Made by a program: the position numbers and the translations under genes. The notes beneath the pieces were generated by a model. That model worked only from the letters and a program-made list of their open reading frames with translations. It was not told the origin of the DNA and searched no databases. Of a stretch of 64,000 nucleotides of DNA, positions 1 through 10,054 are shown one piece after another; within the stretch, counting starts at the first letter, position 1; the number at the start of each line of letters is the position of its first letter. The stretch is from Nitrospirota bacterium (lineage in GTDB: Bacteria > Nitrospirota > UBA9217), in assembly GCA_963754875.1 (NCBI GenBank), contig CAVWHO010000019.1, positions 64,001 to 128,000 on the forward strand. Direction: 5' to 3'.

Positions 1-1
1 C

Positions 2-1231
2 CGGGCGGTTTTATTTTCCGCAATTGCCGAAGGCGAAACCGTTATTACCGGATTTCTCACCGGCGAAGATACACAAAATACCGCGAAAGCGGTGCAGACC
101 ATGGGAATCGAAGTGGCAGGTTTGGGGACCGAGCGTCTCGTTGTGCACGGCAAGGGGCTGGACGGTCTCTCCGAACCTGTCGACGTGCTCGACCTCGGAA
201 ACTCGGGCACGGGCATGCGTCTCCTGGCCGGTTTGCTTGCAGGGCAGAATTTTTTTTCCGTTCTCTCCGGCGACCGGTACCTGAGAAACAGGCCGATGGC
301 CAGAATTGTCGAGCCGCTCCGGCAGATGGGCGCGGTCATTGACGGCCGTTCCAACGGCAGGTTCGCCCCGCTCTCCATCAGGGGCGGCGGCAATGCCATC
401 AAGCCTATCGACTACGTAAGCCCCGTTGCCAGCGCCCAGGTCAAGTCCGCGGTTCTCCTTGCAGGACTGTACGCGAACGGAACAACGTCGGTACGGGAAC
501 CGTCGAAATCGCGGGACCACACCGAGCGGATGTTCCGGTTTTTTGGACTGGACGTCAAAGAAGAGGGAACAACCGTGGCGGTACGCGGCGGTCAGCGCCT
601 GCGCGCACAGGGGCAGCTCGACATTCCGTCAGACATTTCATCGGCCGCGTTCTTCATCGTAGCCGCATCGATCGTCCCGGGCTCCGACGTGACGATACGA
701 AACGTCGGGGTGAACCCCACGCGCACCGGCATCATCGATGTCCTTCTGCAAATGGGCGCTGACATTACACTCCACAGCAGGCGCGAACAGGCAGGCGAAC
801 CCGTGGCTGACATCCGGGTACGCCACCGCAAGCTCAACGCCGCCCGGATCGACGGGACCATGATTCCCCGTGCAATCGATGAAATCCCCGTCTTGTCCGT
901 GGCCGCGTCCTATGCTGCGGGAAAGACCGTCATTCGGGACGCAGCCGAACTTCGGGTCAAGGAATCCGACCGGATCTCGACCATTGCCGGGGAACTCCGC
1001 AGGATGGGAGTGACGGTAACAGAGCTTCCCGACGGCATGGAGATCATTGGCAGGGACGTGCTTGACAGCGCTGTGTGCGAGAGCCACGGGGATCACCGAA
1101 TCGCCATGTCCATGGCCATTGCCGGTCTCGCTGCTCACGGAACTACAGTGGTGCGCGATATTGGCTGGATCGATACATCGTTCCCGGGCTTCGAACGGAT
1201 CTTGCGGCAGACAGCGTATCCGCCGGAGTAG
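2..1231 (+). CDS. aroA: 3-phosphoshikimate 1-carboxyvinyltransferase (EPSP synthase), 5' truncated by window edge
   Basis: Frame is open from position 2 (RAVLFSAIAEGETVITGFLTGED...). Motifs LDLGNSGTGMR, ASAQVKSA, ELRVKESDRI, HGDHRIAM. Confidence 0.97.
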   Translation, partial: RAVLFSAIAEGETVITGFLTGEDTQNTAKAVQTMGIEVAGLGTERLVVHGKGLDGLSEPVDVLDLGNSGTGMRLLAGLLAGQNFFSVLSGDRYLRNRPMARIVEPLRQMGAVIDGRSNGRFAPLSIRGGGNAIKPIDYVSPVASAQVKSAVLLAGLYANGTTSVREPSKSRDHTERMFRFFGLDVKEEGTTVAVRGGQRLRAQGQLDIPSDISSAAFFIVAASIVPGSDVTIRNVGVNPTRTGIIDVLLQMGADITLHSRREQAGEPVADIRVRHRKLNAARIDGTMIPRAIDEIPVLSVAASYAAGKTVIRDAAELRVKESDRISTIAGELRRMGVTVTELPDGMEIIGRDVLDSAVCESHGDHRIAMSMAIAGLAAHGTTVVRDIGWIDTSFPGFERILRQTAYPPE

Positions 1232-1278
1232 CGGTCGACAATTAAATTGTGCTTATCTGAGGCGAACAACCTTGAACA

Positions 1279-1348
1279 TTTGACAGGATAACAGGATTGA
1301 CGGGATGGAGGGTTATTTTATCCGATTTTATTCTGTGATCCCGTCAAA
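1279..1348. repeat. Short palindromic intergenic element (tandem ACAGGAT-like units; TTGACGGGAT...ATCCCGTCAA inverted repeat)
   Basis: TTGACGGGAT at 1297-1306 pairs with ATCCCGTCAA at 1338-1347; preceded by TGACAGGATAACAGGAT. Confidence 0.55.
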
Positions 1349-1381
1349 CTGTTATTTCGGTTTTATCCGGATCTGGTCATC

Positions 1382-2056
1382 ATGAAGAAAAAAGGATTGG
1401 TAATAGCCCTTGACGGGCCATCGGGCGCGGGCAAAAGTACCATTGCCCGGCTCTTGGCTCGGAAACTGGGTTATATATATATAGATACCGGCGCTATGTA
1501 CCGGGCAATCGGCTGGAAGGCGAAGCAGGAACACATCGACCCGGCCGATGAGCCGAAACTTGCCGAGCTCTGCCTGCGGACCGAGGTCTTGATCAAGAAC
1601 GACGACAGCGACCCCAGGGTTTCCGTTGACGGCAGGGATGTGAGCGGCGAGATACGGACCCCGGAAATGGGAATGATGGCGTCCTCCGTGTCGAAGTCTC
1701 CGGCGGTCCGGGCACGGCTTCTTACCCTGCAGAGAGAGCTCGGCAGAAACGGCGGCGTGGTGATGGACGGCAGGGACATCGGCACGGTCGTATTTCCCGA
1801 CGCTGAGGTGAAATTTTATCTGGACGCGAGCGCCGAGGAACGCGGCCGTCGCCGCTACCTTGAGCTGAAGGCAAAGGGCATGGACGTTGATCTGGCGCAG
1901 ATCACGAAGGAAATCCAGGACCGCGATAAACAGGACAGCGGCCGCGCCCTGGCCCCGCTCAGGAAAGCCGAGGACGCCCAGCTGCTCGATTCGACGGGAG
2001 TGAGCATCGATGATGTCCTGGCCACGATGCTGTCGGCAGTGCAAAAGGTGCAGTAA
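1382..2056 (+). CDS. cmk: Cytidylate kinase
   Basis: IALDGPSGAGKST P-loop, YIDTGAMYRA, GRDIGTVVFPDA. Confidence 0.97.
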   Translation: MKKKGLVIALDGPSGAGKSTIARLLARKLGYIYIDTGAMYRAIGWKAKQEHIDPADEPKLAELCLRTEVLIKNDDSDPRVSVDGRDVSGEIRTPEMGMMASSVSKSPAVRARLLTLQRELGRNGGVVMDGRDIGTVVFPDAEVKFYLDASAEERGRRRYLELKAKGMDVDLAQITKEIQDRDKQDSGRALAPLRKAEDAQLLDSTGVSIDDVLATMLSAVQKVQ

Positions 2057-2061
2057 CGAAC

Positions 2062-2898
2062 ATGGAAATATTTCTTGCAGATAAAGCGGGGTTCTGTTTC
2101 GGCGTCAAACGGGCGATCAATACCGCATTCGAAGCTGTCGGTAAAACACGGGTGTATTGCCTGGGACCGCTGATACACAATCCGCAGGAAGTTGATCGTC
2201 TGCGCCGTGCAGGCGTGCAGACCGTTGAAGATTTCAGCACCCTGAGCCCCGGTGATACGCTCATTATTCGTTCGCACGGGGTGCCGCCGCGCGTGCTTAC
2301 GCAGGCCCGCGATATGGGGCTCTCCATCATCGACCTTACCTGTCCTTTTGTGGGGAAGGCGCAGCGTTTCGCAGAGGCGCTCTATAAGGAAGGATACCAG
2401 GTTGTTGTCGTAGGGGAGAAGAAGCACCCCGAGGTTCAAAGTATTCTGGGATACGCCGGTGAGAACGCCGTTGTCGTAGAAACAGCAGAAGATGTGGAAA
2501 GTGTGAAGCTCCAGGGTCGGCTTGGCGTCGTTGCGCAAACTACGCAATCATATGGTAATTTTTCAGAAATTGTGCTAACATTATTGCGTATTTCCAAAGA
2601 ATTAAAGGTCTTCAACACTATCTGCAGCTCAACCAAGGAACGTCAGGAAGCTGCCCGCGTGCTTGCGAGGCAGGTTGACCTTATGCTGGTCGTGGGCGGT
2701 CGCAACAGCGCCAATACCAGCAGGTTGGCAGACTTGTGCCGGAAGGAAGGAAAACCCACCTATCATATCGAGGTGGCAGACGAGATACGGGCTGAGTGGC
2801 TTAAAGGCGTTACCAAGATAGGAGTCACTGCCGGTGCTTCCACGCCTGACTGGCTCGTGGATGGTGTCATCGAAAAATTGAAGCTCACTCGTCAGTAA
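2062..2898 (+). CDS. ispH: 4-hydroxy-3-methylbut-2-enyl diphosphate reductase
   Basis: AGFCFGVKRA, DLTCPFV, NTICSST, GVTAGASTP; sits between cmk and rpsA. Confidence 0.96.
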   Translation: MEIFLADKAGFCFGVKRAINTAFEAVGKTRVYCLGPLIHNPQEVDRLRRAGVQTVEDFSTLSPGDTLIIRSHGVPPRVLTQARDMGLSIIDLTCPFVGKAQRFAEALYKEGYQVVVVGEKKHPEVQSILGYAGENAVVVETAEDVESVKLQGRLGVVAQTTQSYGNFSEIVLTLLRISKELKVFNTICSSTKERQEAARVLARQVDLMLVVGGRNSANTSRLADLCRKEGKPTYHIEVADEIRAEWLKGVTKIGVTAGASTPDWLVDGVIEKLKLTRQ

Positions 2899-3007
2899 CG
2901 TGAGGCGCAGAGTATCAAAGCGTTATGAGGAAAAAACAAATTTCACATTTTGTCTGAAGAATTTGATGATTACGGAAGAGTTCACTTTCAGGAGGTAGGG
3001 ACGTTTC

Positions 3008-4702
3008 ATGGGAGATACGCGAGAAGATATGGAGCACGAAGAGAACACCGCAGCAGCCGGGCAGGAAACGGAGTTCGAGCAACTGTACAACCAGTCATTG
3101 AAACGTTTTAAGGCTGGGACGCTTGTCCGGGCGCGGGTGCTGCAGATCCGGTCGGGTGTCGTGATGGTGGACCTCGGCTACAAGTCGGACGGCATTATTC
3201 CCGTGGAACAATTCACGGAGGAAGAACTGAAAGTTCTGAAACCGGGAGATGAAATCGAGGTGCTGCTCGAAGCCGCGGAAGACACCAATGGGAACATCAT
3301 GCTCTCCCGGGATAAGGCAAAGAAGCTCCAGGTCTGGGACGATTTAAACCGCGCCTATCAGAGCGGGACGCCGGTCAGCGGGAAGGTGCTCTCGACGATC
3401 AAGGGCGGCTTGAGCGTCGACATCGGCGGAGTGATCGCGTTCCTGCCCGGGTCCCAGGTCGATGTCAAGCCCGTCCAGAACCTCGGCAGGATGGTCGGGC
3501 AGAGCATGGACCTCAAAATCATCAAGATGAACTCGGGCCGCGGCAACATCGTGCTCTCTCGAAGAGCCCTCCTGGAACATGCGCAGAACCTCAAGAAGGA
3601 AGCAACGCTCTCCGCCCTCGCCGAGGGACAGATCGTGAGCGGGGTCATCAAGAACATTACCGACTATGGCGCCTTTGTCGATCTTGGGGGCATTGACGGC
3701 CTGATGCATATCACCGATATTTCCTGGGGCAGGATCAACCATCCCTCGGAGGCATTCAAGGTCGGCGACCGCGTAGAAGTCGTAATTCTCAAGTACGATC
3801 GGGAGAAGCAGAAGGTATCACTCGGCATGAAGCAGAAAACGCCGGACCCCTGGCTGTCCGCGGCTGAGAAATATCCCGTGGGCGGAAGGGTGCGCGGCAA
3901 GGTCGTGAGCCTGACCGATTACGGCGCTTTTGTAGAACTGGAGCACGGCATTGAAGGGCTCGTTCACGTGTCCGAAATGTCCTGGGTCCAGAAAGTCAAG
4001 CACCCTTCCAAGATCGTTTCTTTCGGCGATATGATCGAAGCGCAGGTGTTAGCGGTTGATCCGAATGCGAAACGCATCTCGCTCGGCATAAAGCAGATCC
4101 AGCCGAATCCCTGGCAGACCATCGGCGATCGCTATCCCGTCGGTTCTCAGGTAGAAGGCAAGGTCAAGACGATCACGGACTTCGGCGCCTTCATCGGTCT
4201 TGAGGAAGGGATAGACGGTCTGGTCCACATTTCCGACTTGTCCTGGACAAAACATATCAAGCACCCTTCCGAAATGCTCAAGAAGGGACAGCAGACCAAG
4301 GTTGTCGTGCTTTCCATCGACCCTGCGAAAGAGCGCATCTCACTCGGTCTCAAACAGCTGACACCGGACCCCTGGGACAAAGCCGTCCCCGAGCGGTATA
4401 AGGTCGGCCAGGATGAAACGGTCAAGGTGACGAAGAAGGCCGATTTCGGGCTGTTCGTGGATCTGGAGCAGGGGATCGAGGGTCTCATTCCCACATCGGA
4501 GATCCCCAAAGACGCCGAGGAAATTAAAGAAGGTGCTGAAGTGACCGCACGTGTCATCAAAGTAGACAGGAACGACCGCAAGATCGCGCTTTCGATCAAG
4601 GCCCATATTAAGGGCAGAGACCGGTCGACCCTGAAGGAATACATGAACCAGCAGCAAAAGCCCGACACGACGATTGGCGCACTGTTGAAGGAACGGAGCT
4701 GA
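3008..4702 (+). CDS. rpsA: 30S ribosomal protein S1
   Basis: Repeated S1 domains (TDYGAFVDLGGIDGLMHITDISW and similar); GGAGG upstream. Confidence 0.97.
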   Translation: MGDTREDMEHEENTAAAGQETEFEQLYNQSLKRFKAGTLVRARVLQIRSGVVMVDLGYKSDGIIPVEQFTEEELKVLKPGDEIEVLLEAAEDTNGNIMLSRDKAKKLQVWDDLNRAYQSGTPVSGKVLSTIKGGLSVDIGGVIAFLPGSQVDVKPVQNLGRMVGQSMDLKIIKMNSGRGNIVLSRRALLEHAQNLKKEATLSALAEGQIVSGVIKNITDYGAFVDLGGIDGLMHITDISWGRINHPSEAFKVGDRVEVVILKYDREKQKVSLGMKQKTPDPWLSAAEKYPVGGRVRGKVVSLTDYGAFVELEHGIEGLVHVSEMSWVQKVKHPSKIVSFGDMIEAQVLAVDPNAKRISLGIKQIQPNPWQTIGDRYPVGSQVEGKVKTITDFGAFIGLEEGIDGLVHISDLSWTKHIKHPSEMLKKGQQTKVVVLSIDPAKERISLGLKQLTPDPWDKAVPERYKVGQDETVKVTKKADFGLFVDLEQGIEGLIPTSEIPKDAEEIKEGAEVTARVIKVDRNDRKIALSIKAHIKGRDRSTLKEYMNQQQKPDTTIGALLKERS

Positions 4703-4706
4703 TCGC

Positions 4707-5606
4707 ATGAAACGGAATCCCGTTTTGACGGTGCTGGGGACCGCGGTTGCGCTTGGGGTGCTGTTCGTTCTTCTCCTCGCTCTTGCCTCGTATCTCACGG
4801 GGGGCAAGGGCCGATCTGCCTCCCTCTCGGTCGTCGGTTCAGACAAAGTAGCGCTCGTCAAGATAGAAGGATTGCTCGTCTCCTCAGACAACATTGTAGA
4901 GGAACTGCATGATTACACTGAGGATGGTTCCATTAAGGCCATCGTTCTTCGGATAGACAGCCCGGGCGGCGGTGTGGTCGCTGCCCAGGAAATCTATAAT
5001 GCGGTGAAGAATGCGCGAAAAGAAGGAAAGAAAGTCGTCGTGTCCATGGGGTCGGTGGCTGCGTCGGGCGGCTATTACATTGCGGCGGGTGCTGACAAAA
5101 TCGTCGCCAACCCCGGCACGCTCACCGGAAGCATCGGCGTCATCATGGAGTTTGCCAACGTTGAAAAGCTCCTGGAGAAAATCGGCGTAAAAGGGATGGT
5201 CATAAAAGCGGGACAATTCAAGGACGTAGGATCTCCGTTCCGTGAGATGACCGACCAGGAAAAGAAACTCTTGCAGGGTGTGATCGACGACGTGCACGCC
5301 CAGTTCATCGATGCGGTAGCCAAGGGGCGAAGCATCCCGCTTGACGACGTTAAGGCAATAGCAGACGGCCGTATATTCACGGGACGCCAGGCGCTTAAGC
5401 TCAAGCTCGTCGACAAGATGGGAGACCTGACCGAAAGCATCCAGCTGGCGGGGACGTTGGCAGGGATCAAGGGAAAGCCGACGATCGTGGAAAAAAAGAA
5501 AAAGATTCCGTTCCTTGACTATTTGAAAGAAGAGTCTGCAGCATGGATCGGAGATGTTCTTACACGTGGACTCAGCAGGAACACTGTGTCATTACAGTAT
5601 CGATAA
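4707..5606 (+). CDS. sppA: Signal peptide peptidase SppA (36K type)
   Basis: IDSPGGGV, AASGGYYIA, TGSIGVI, ADGRIFTG; N-terminal TM helix. Confidence 0.93.
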   Translation: MKRNPVLTVLGTAVALGVLFVLLLALASYLTGGKGRSASLSVVGSDKVALVKIEGLLVSSDNIVEELHDYTEDGSIKAIVLRIDSPGGGVVAAQEIYNAVKNARKEGKKVVVSMGSVAASGGYYIAAGADKIVANPGTLTGSIGVIMEFANVEKLLEKIGVKGMVIKAGQFKDVGSPFREMTDQEKKLLQGVIDDVHAQFIDAVAKGRSIPLDDVKAIADGRIFTGRQALKLKLVDKMGDLTESIQLAGTLAGIKGKPTIVEKKKKIPFLDYLKEESAAWIGDVLTRGLSRNTVSLQYR

Positions 5607-5642
5607 TCGATAGAGTCTGTTGCACTTCTAGGAGGGTATTGC

Positions 5643-5927
5643 ATGACAAAGGCGGAACTGGTTGACAAAATAGCCGAAAAAAAGCCGGGTTTAACCAGGA
5701 AACAAGTGGAAGTCGTCGTCAATACTGTGCTCGACGGAATAAAAGAAGCCTTGTCCCGTGAAGACAAAGTCGAGATCCGGGGCTTCGGCAGTTTCCGTAT
5801 CCGGCATCGGCGGGCAAAAGAGGGCAGGAATCCCAAGACCGGTGAGACCGTCCAGGTGCCGCCCAAGAAAGTGCCGTTCTTTAAAGCTGGCAAAGAGATG
5901 CGTGAAATGGTCGATGGCAAGCTCTAG
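5643..5927 (+). CDS. ihfB: Integration host factor beta / HU family DNA-binding protein
   Basis: MTKAEL, VEIRGFGSF, GRNPKTGE, VPFFKAGKE; follows rpsA-sppA. Confidence 0.85.
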   Translation: MTKAELVDKIAEKKPGLTRKQVEVVVNTVLDGIKEALSREDKVEIRGFGSFRIRHRRAKEGRNPKTGETVQVPPKKVPFFKAGKEMREMVDGKL

Positions 5928-6114
5928 CGCACGATTCGTGCTGTATGGCTGCTTATCTTTCCCCGGGTAGTTGCCGAACAGCCTTCAGCAACGCTGAAAT
6001 GCAAGAGCCACAAAGACGTCCGAAACGAAGGAGCATTCAGTTGGTGAATCTCTATCGCATCGGGTGGCTTGGTGGCTCTTTCGTTTTGAAGCATGAACAC
6101 CGCCGGCCTGAGAG

Positions 6115-6762
6115 ATGATGCATACTGAATATTTTGACGTGCTGGACTGCAGTGCCAGAAAGACCGGAGAAGTAATCGCCCGCCACGAGGCGCACCGGAC
6201 CGGTGCGTGGCATGGGGCGTTCCATTGCCTTATTATCGGGGAACTGAACGGCCGTGGTTATGCGCTGTTCCAGAAGCGGTCGATGGCGAAAATGATAGCT
6301 CCGGGCAAGTTTGATGTAAGCGTTGGCGGACATTATGCAAGCGGCGAGGACGTTGCGGCCGCGGGTCCACGCGAAATCAAAGAAGAACTCGGCATCGATG
6401 TGCAATTTGCCGAACTCCTGCCCGTCGGGCGCAGGGTCTTCGTATACTGCTTCGAGCCTGGTGTCCGGGAGTGCGAATTTCAGGATGTGTTCTTTCTTCC
6501 CCGGAGTATCCGTCCCGAGGAGTTAATGCTCCAGCGCGAAGAGCTGGACGGAGTCATCACGATGAACGTGGAACAGGGCATATCTCTTTTTTCGAGAACG
6601 ATACTGCAGACTGAAGTTTTTCTGCACGGGACCAACGGCCGGCGGGAACATCTCTGGGTCGCTGCTGACGATTTCGTCCCCTCGCTCGACAACTATTACC
6701 TCAAGCTGCTCCTTCTTACGCGCCGGTATTTGAGCGGCGACCGCGAACATCTTCTCATTTGA
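6115..6762 (+). CDS. NUDIX hydrolase (IDI-like)
   Basis: R.EAH..G.WH, GKFDVSVGGH, Nudix box REIKEELG. Confidence 0.8.
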   Translation: MMHTEYFDVLDCSARKTGEVIARHEAHRTGAWHGAFHCLIIGELNGRGYALFQKRSMAKMIAPGKFDVSVGGHYASGEDVAAAGPREIKEELGIDVQFAELLPVGRRVFVYCFEPGVRECEFQDVFFLPRSIRPEELMLQREELDGVITMNVEQGISLFSRTILQTEVFLHGTNGRREHLWVAADDFVPSLDNYYLKLLLLTRRYLSGDREHLLI

Positions 6763-7045
6763 ACCTGCCTATTGCTTCATTTTAGCAAAATTTTTTTTAT
6801 CCTCAAATAATCAATTACCGTACACTCAACCTTTCCGCCATCACCTGCGTCGTGCTCTCCCTCAGGGAGCCTCGTACGCTGGACTTTGGACCCTGAACTT
6901 TCCTCATCTCTGACTTGACTATCAATGCAATTCAGGTAAACTTAAAAAAGATTGTGTTCGGCGAGATCCTTGCGACAGGAGGGTAGGGGGTAAAACCGCA
7001 GCGGTAGTACTCTGCGCGAACGTCGGTTTCTCCCTCGCAAACGGC

Positions 7046-7561
7046 ATGAAACTAACGTGGCTTATCAGCGGGCTGCTTGTCGTCATTATCGCTGCTCTCG
7101 CCGTCCTTGCGTTCATGTACATTCTGCCGCTCGATCTTCGGGACCGCTCCCCGCTCCAGCCGATAGCGTTCAGCCATAAGAAGCACGCGGGCGACAACGC
7201 CATTCCTTGCCTTTTCTGTCACCGTTATGCCCCGAAGTCTTCGGTCGCCGGCATTCCCGCAGTTGCGGACTGTCGCGCCTGCCACCTGTTCATAGCTCAG
7301 AACGCTCCCGAAATCAAAAAGCTGATGATGTATTGGGATAAAAAAGAACCGGTCCCCTGGGTCAGGGTCTACGGCGTGCCCGACTTCGTCTATTTCCCGC
7401 ACATGATGCATATACGAGCCGGGCTCGATTGCGGCACCTGTCACGGTAACGTGGCATCTATGGAACGGATTACCCGGAGCGTTAAAATCAAAATGGGTTG
7501 GTGTCTGAATTGCCATCGCCGGCACAAGGCAAGCATCGATTGCTGGACGTGCCATAAGTGA
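7046..7561 (+). CDS. actA: Membrane-anchored pentaheme cytochrome c (ActA/QrcA-like)
   Basis: N-terminal TM helix, QPIAFSHKKH, five CxxCH motifs (CLFCH, CRACH, CGTCH, CLNCH, CWTCH), MGWC. Confidence 0.85.
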   Translation: MKLTWLISGLLVVIIAALAVLAFMYILPLDLRDRSPLQPIAFSHKKHAGDNAIPCLFCHRYAPKSSVAGIPAVADCRACHLFIAQNAPEIKKLMMYWDKKEPVPWVRVYGVPDFVYFPHMMHIRAGLDCGTCHGNVASMERITRSVKIKMGWCLNCHRRHKASIDCWTCHK

Positions 7562-7668
7562 TTTTGGACCGAGCCGGCCATGTCGGCGTGATTTACGGCA
7601 ACACCCTGCATTCGCGGCATAGCACTCATAATCGCTGGGTGCAGGCACGGTTGCCTTGGTCCAAAAAA
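7562..7668. repeat. ~107 bp MITE/REP-like element with terminal inverted repeats, copy 1
   Basis: Ends TTTTGGACCGAG...CTTGGTCCAAAA; reverse complement closely matches 12202-12314. Confidence 0.8.
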
Positions 7669-7683
7669 GTACAGGGAGCCTGA

Positions 7684-9882
7684 ATGGATCGCAGAACCTT
7701 TTTGCAGTTAAGCGGCATCACAGCAGCCACCGCTCTTTTGGCAGGGTGCAAGTCCGCGAACGAGAAGTTGATCCCCTACCTGATCCCGCCCGATGAGGGG
7801 GTTACGCCGGGGATAGCCAACTACTATGCCAGCTCCTGCCGGTCCTGCCAGGCGGGGTGCGGCATCCTCGTGCGGGTGTCGGAAGGGAGGGCCAAAAAAA
7901 TCGAGGGGAACCCCCTCCACCCCGTTAACAAGGGAAAACTCTGCGCACGGGGGCAGGCCGCCCTTCAGGAGCTTTATCATCCCGATCGTGTACGGCAGCC
8001 GCTCAAGCGCAGCGGACCCCGCGGTTCGGAAGAATTCACGAGGATTTCCTGGGAAGAGGCGCTGACTCTGCTCGTGGGACAACTCAAGAACCTCCAGCGG
8101 GAAAAGACGACTGACCGTCTTTCCTTCATGACACCGCAGCTTGCCGGTACGCTCTCTGAACTGACGACACGCTTCATGCATTCGTACGGTTCGCCCAACC
8201 ATGTCTCATACGAACTGCTCGGTCCGGATTGGCTTCGGCTGGCCAACCGTAAAAGCTTTGGTCAGAAGAGACTTCCCTATTATGATATCAGCGAGACCCG
8301 TTATTTGCTCAGTTTCGGCGCAGATTTCGTAGAAAACCATTTATCGCCTGTTCAGTACGGCTACGCCTTCGGCAAGATGCGCCAGGGCAGGGATACGGTC
8401 CGAGGCCATTTCGCCTATGTAGGCGGCCGGATGTCTTTGACCGCTGCATCGGCTGATCGATGGATGCCTGCGAAGCCGGGAAGCGAAGGGGCGCTGGCCC
8501 TGGGTATGGCGCGGCTCATCCTTGCCGAGTCCCTTTTTGATCAAGCTTCAACCGCAGCGAACGGGCTTCACGTGGAAACACTGTTACAGGGGCTGAAGGC
8601 GTACGATCTTCCCCGTGTCGCCGAAGAGACCGGATTGGCACAGCAGGCCATTGCCGAAATTGCCCGTGAGTTCGCTACGACCCGTCCCTCGCTCGCTATG
8701 GCAGGCGAGGCAATTGCCTTTCAGAGCAACGGTTTGGAATCGGTCCGCGCAGTCCAACTCCTGAACGTGCTGGTGGGGAACATGAACCACACCGGCGGGA
8801 TCTACCCGGACAACGGGCCTTCGGATGGCCCGACCGACTCTTTTGACAGGCTTCTTCCCCTTGTCAAGAAAATGAACTCCGGCGGTATCCAGATAGCCCT
8901 GATCTACGGCGATCCTGTCCATACCGTTCCTCCGGCAACCGGTTTTCAAGAGGCGCTCTCCAAAGTCCCGTTCATCGTCAGCTTCTCATCGCTCATGGAC
9001 GATACCGCTCTTCAGGCTGATCTGGTCCTCCCCGACCACGCCGCTTTGGAGAGTTGGGGGGACGTGATCCCGCAGGCCGGAACGCGGGAAGGAGTAATCG
9101 GGCTTATGCAGCCTGTGGTGACGCCCGTGTTCGACACGCGCCAGTTCTCCGAGGTGCTGATGACAGTGGCGAGCGAACTGGGTGGGAAGATGAAGGCGGC
9201 ATTTCCCTACCCCTCCTATCTGGAAATGCTGCGGGCTGAAGTGAGAAAGCGTGCCGGCGTTTCCGGCAACAAGGATTTCGAGGCAACGTGGGTAGACCTG
9301 CTCCGCAAGGGGGGAATGTTCAAAACGAACCTTGGCCGGGTCAAAGGTTATAATTGGCTGAGAGGCGCGAGAATCCCCGAACCCGCGAAGCCCCGGTTTG
9401 CCGGGAATGAAAAGGAATTTCCGTTCCATCTTTCAATTTATCCTTCAACAGCCTTTTACGACGGACGTGGTGCTCCGCTTCCCTGGCTCCAGCAGCTTCC
9501 TGATCCGATGACCACAGCGGTCTGGGACAGTTGGGTCGAGATCAACCCCAAGACCGCTGCCGAGCTTGGAATTAACTTCGGCGATCTGGTCGAGGTAACT
9601 TCTTCTCAGGGCTCGCTGCGTGTACCCGCGGTGATCTACCCCGGTATACGTCCCGACATGGTGGCAATCCCCCTGGGACAGGGGCATAGGGACATGGGAC
9701 GCTATGCAAAGGGAAGGGGAGCGAACCCGCTTCAGCTTTTGGCGGTGACTATTGAAGGATCTGCACCTCAACCGGCGTGGAATGCCACACGCGTGCGCGT
9801 GACCCGGATTTCGGACAAGGGGGGACTCGTGACTACTGGTCATCCGCAGGGGAGCTACCGGAGCGACTTGATAGAGATATAA
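7684..9882 (+). CDS. Molybdopterin oxidoreductase-like subunit of ACIII (ActB1/QrcB-like), Tat lipoprotein
   Basis: Tat motif MDRRTFL, lipobox LAGC, CRSCQAGC...LCARGQ Fe-S motif, PWLQQLPDP.T..VWDSWVEINP. Confidence 0.85.
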   Translation: MDRRTFLQLSGITAATALLAGCKSANEKLIPYLIPPDEGVTPGIANYYASSCRSCQAGCGILVRVSEGRAKKIEGNPLHPVNKGKLCARGQAALQELYHPDRVRQPLKRSGPRGSEEFTRISWEEALTLLVGQLKNLQREKTTDRLSFMTPQLAGTLSELTTRFMHSYGSPNHVSYELLGPDWLRLANRKSFGQKRLPYYDISETRYLLSFGADFVENHLSPVQYGYAFGKMRQGRDTVRGHFAYVGGRMSLTAASADRWMPAKPGSEGALALGMARLILAESLFDQASTAANGLHVETLLQGLKAYDLPRVAEETGLAQQAIAEIAREFATTRPSLAMAGEAIAFQSNGLESVRAVQLLNVLVGNMNHTGGIYPDNGPSDGPTDSFDRLLPLVKKMNSGGIQIALIYGDPVHTVPPATGFQEALSKVPFIVSFSSLMDDTALQADLVLPDHAALESWGDVIPQAGTREGVIGLMQPVVTPVFDTRQFSEVLMTVASELGGKMKAAFPYPSYLEMLRAEVRKRAGVSGNKDFEATWVDLLRKGGMFKTNLGRVKGYNWLRGARIPEPAKPRFAGNEKEFPFHLSIYPSTAFYDGRGAPLPWLQQLPDPMTTAVWDSWVEINPKTAAELGINFGDLVEVTSSQGSLRVPAVIYPGIRPDMVAIPLGQGHRDMGRYAKGRGANPLQLLAVTIEGSAPQPAWNATRVRVTRISDKGGLVTTGHPQGSYRSDLIEI

Positions 9883-9900
9883 ATCTTGGAAAGGCGTTTT

Positions 9901-10022
9901 TCGCGCAAAGCCGCAAAGAACGCAAAGGAAATCAGACAATACAAAGCTTAAATCAAAAAAATGCTGATTGGCTGTATTCTAAATTCTCAAACCCATTTGA
10001 ATTTCTTTGCGGCTTTGCGCGA
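9901..10022. repeat. Palindromic element: perfect 20 bp inverted repeat with CGCAAAG units around an AT-rich core
   Basis: TCGCGCAAAGCCGCAAAGAA (9901-9920) and its exact reverse complement (10003-10022). Confidence 0.8.
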
Positions 10023-10054
10023 GACGGTTTTTTTAAGATAAGGATTTTATCAAT

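Noticed and set aside
6960..7045. Riboswitch in the actA leader
   Set aside because: Some pairing (TTGCGA/TCGCAA) but no recognisable aptamer consensus.
7684..9882. Catalytic polysulfide/thiosulfate reductase (PsrA/PhsA)
   Set aside because: No obvious Cys Mo ligand after GSPN, and the neighbours are ActA/C/D/E-like, so an ACIII subunit fits better.
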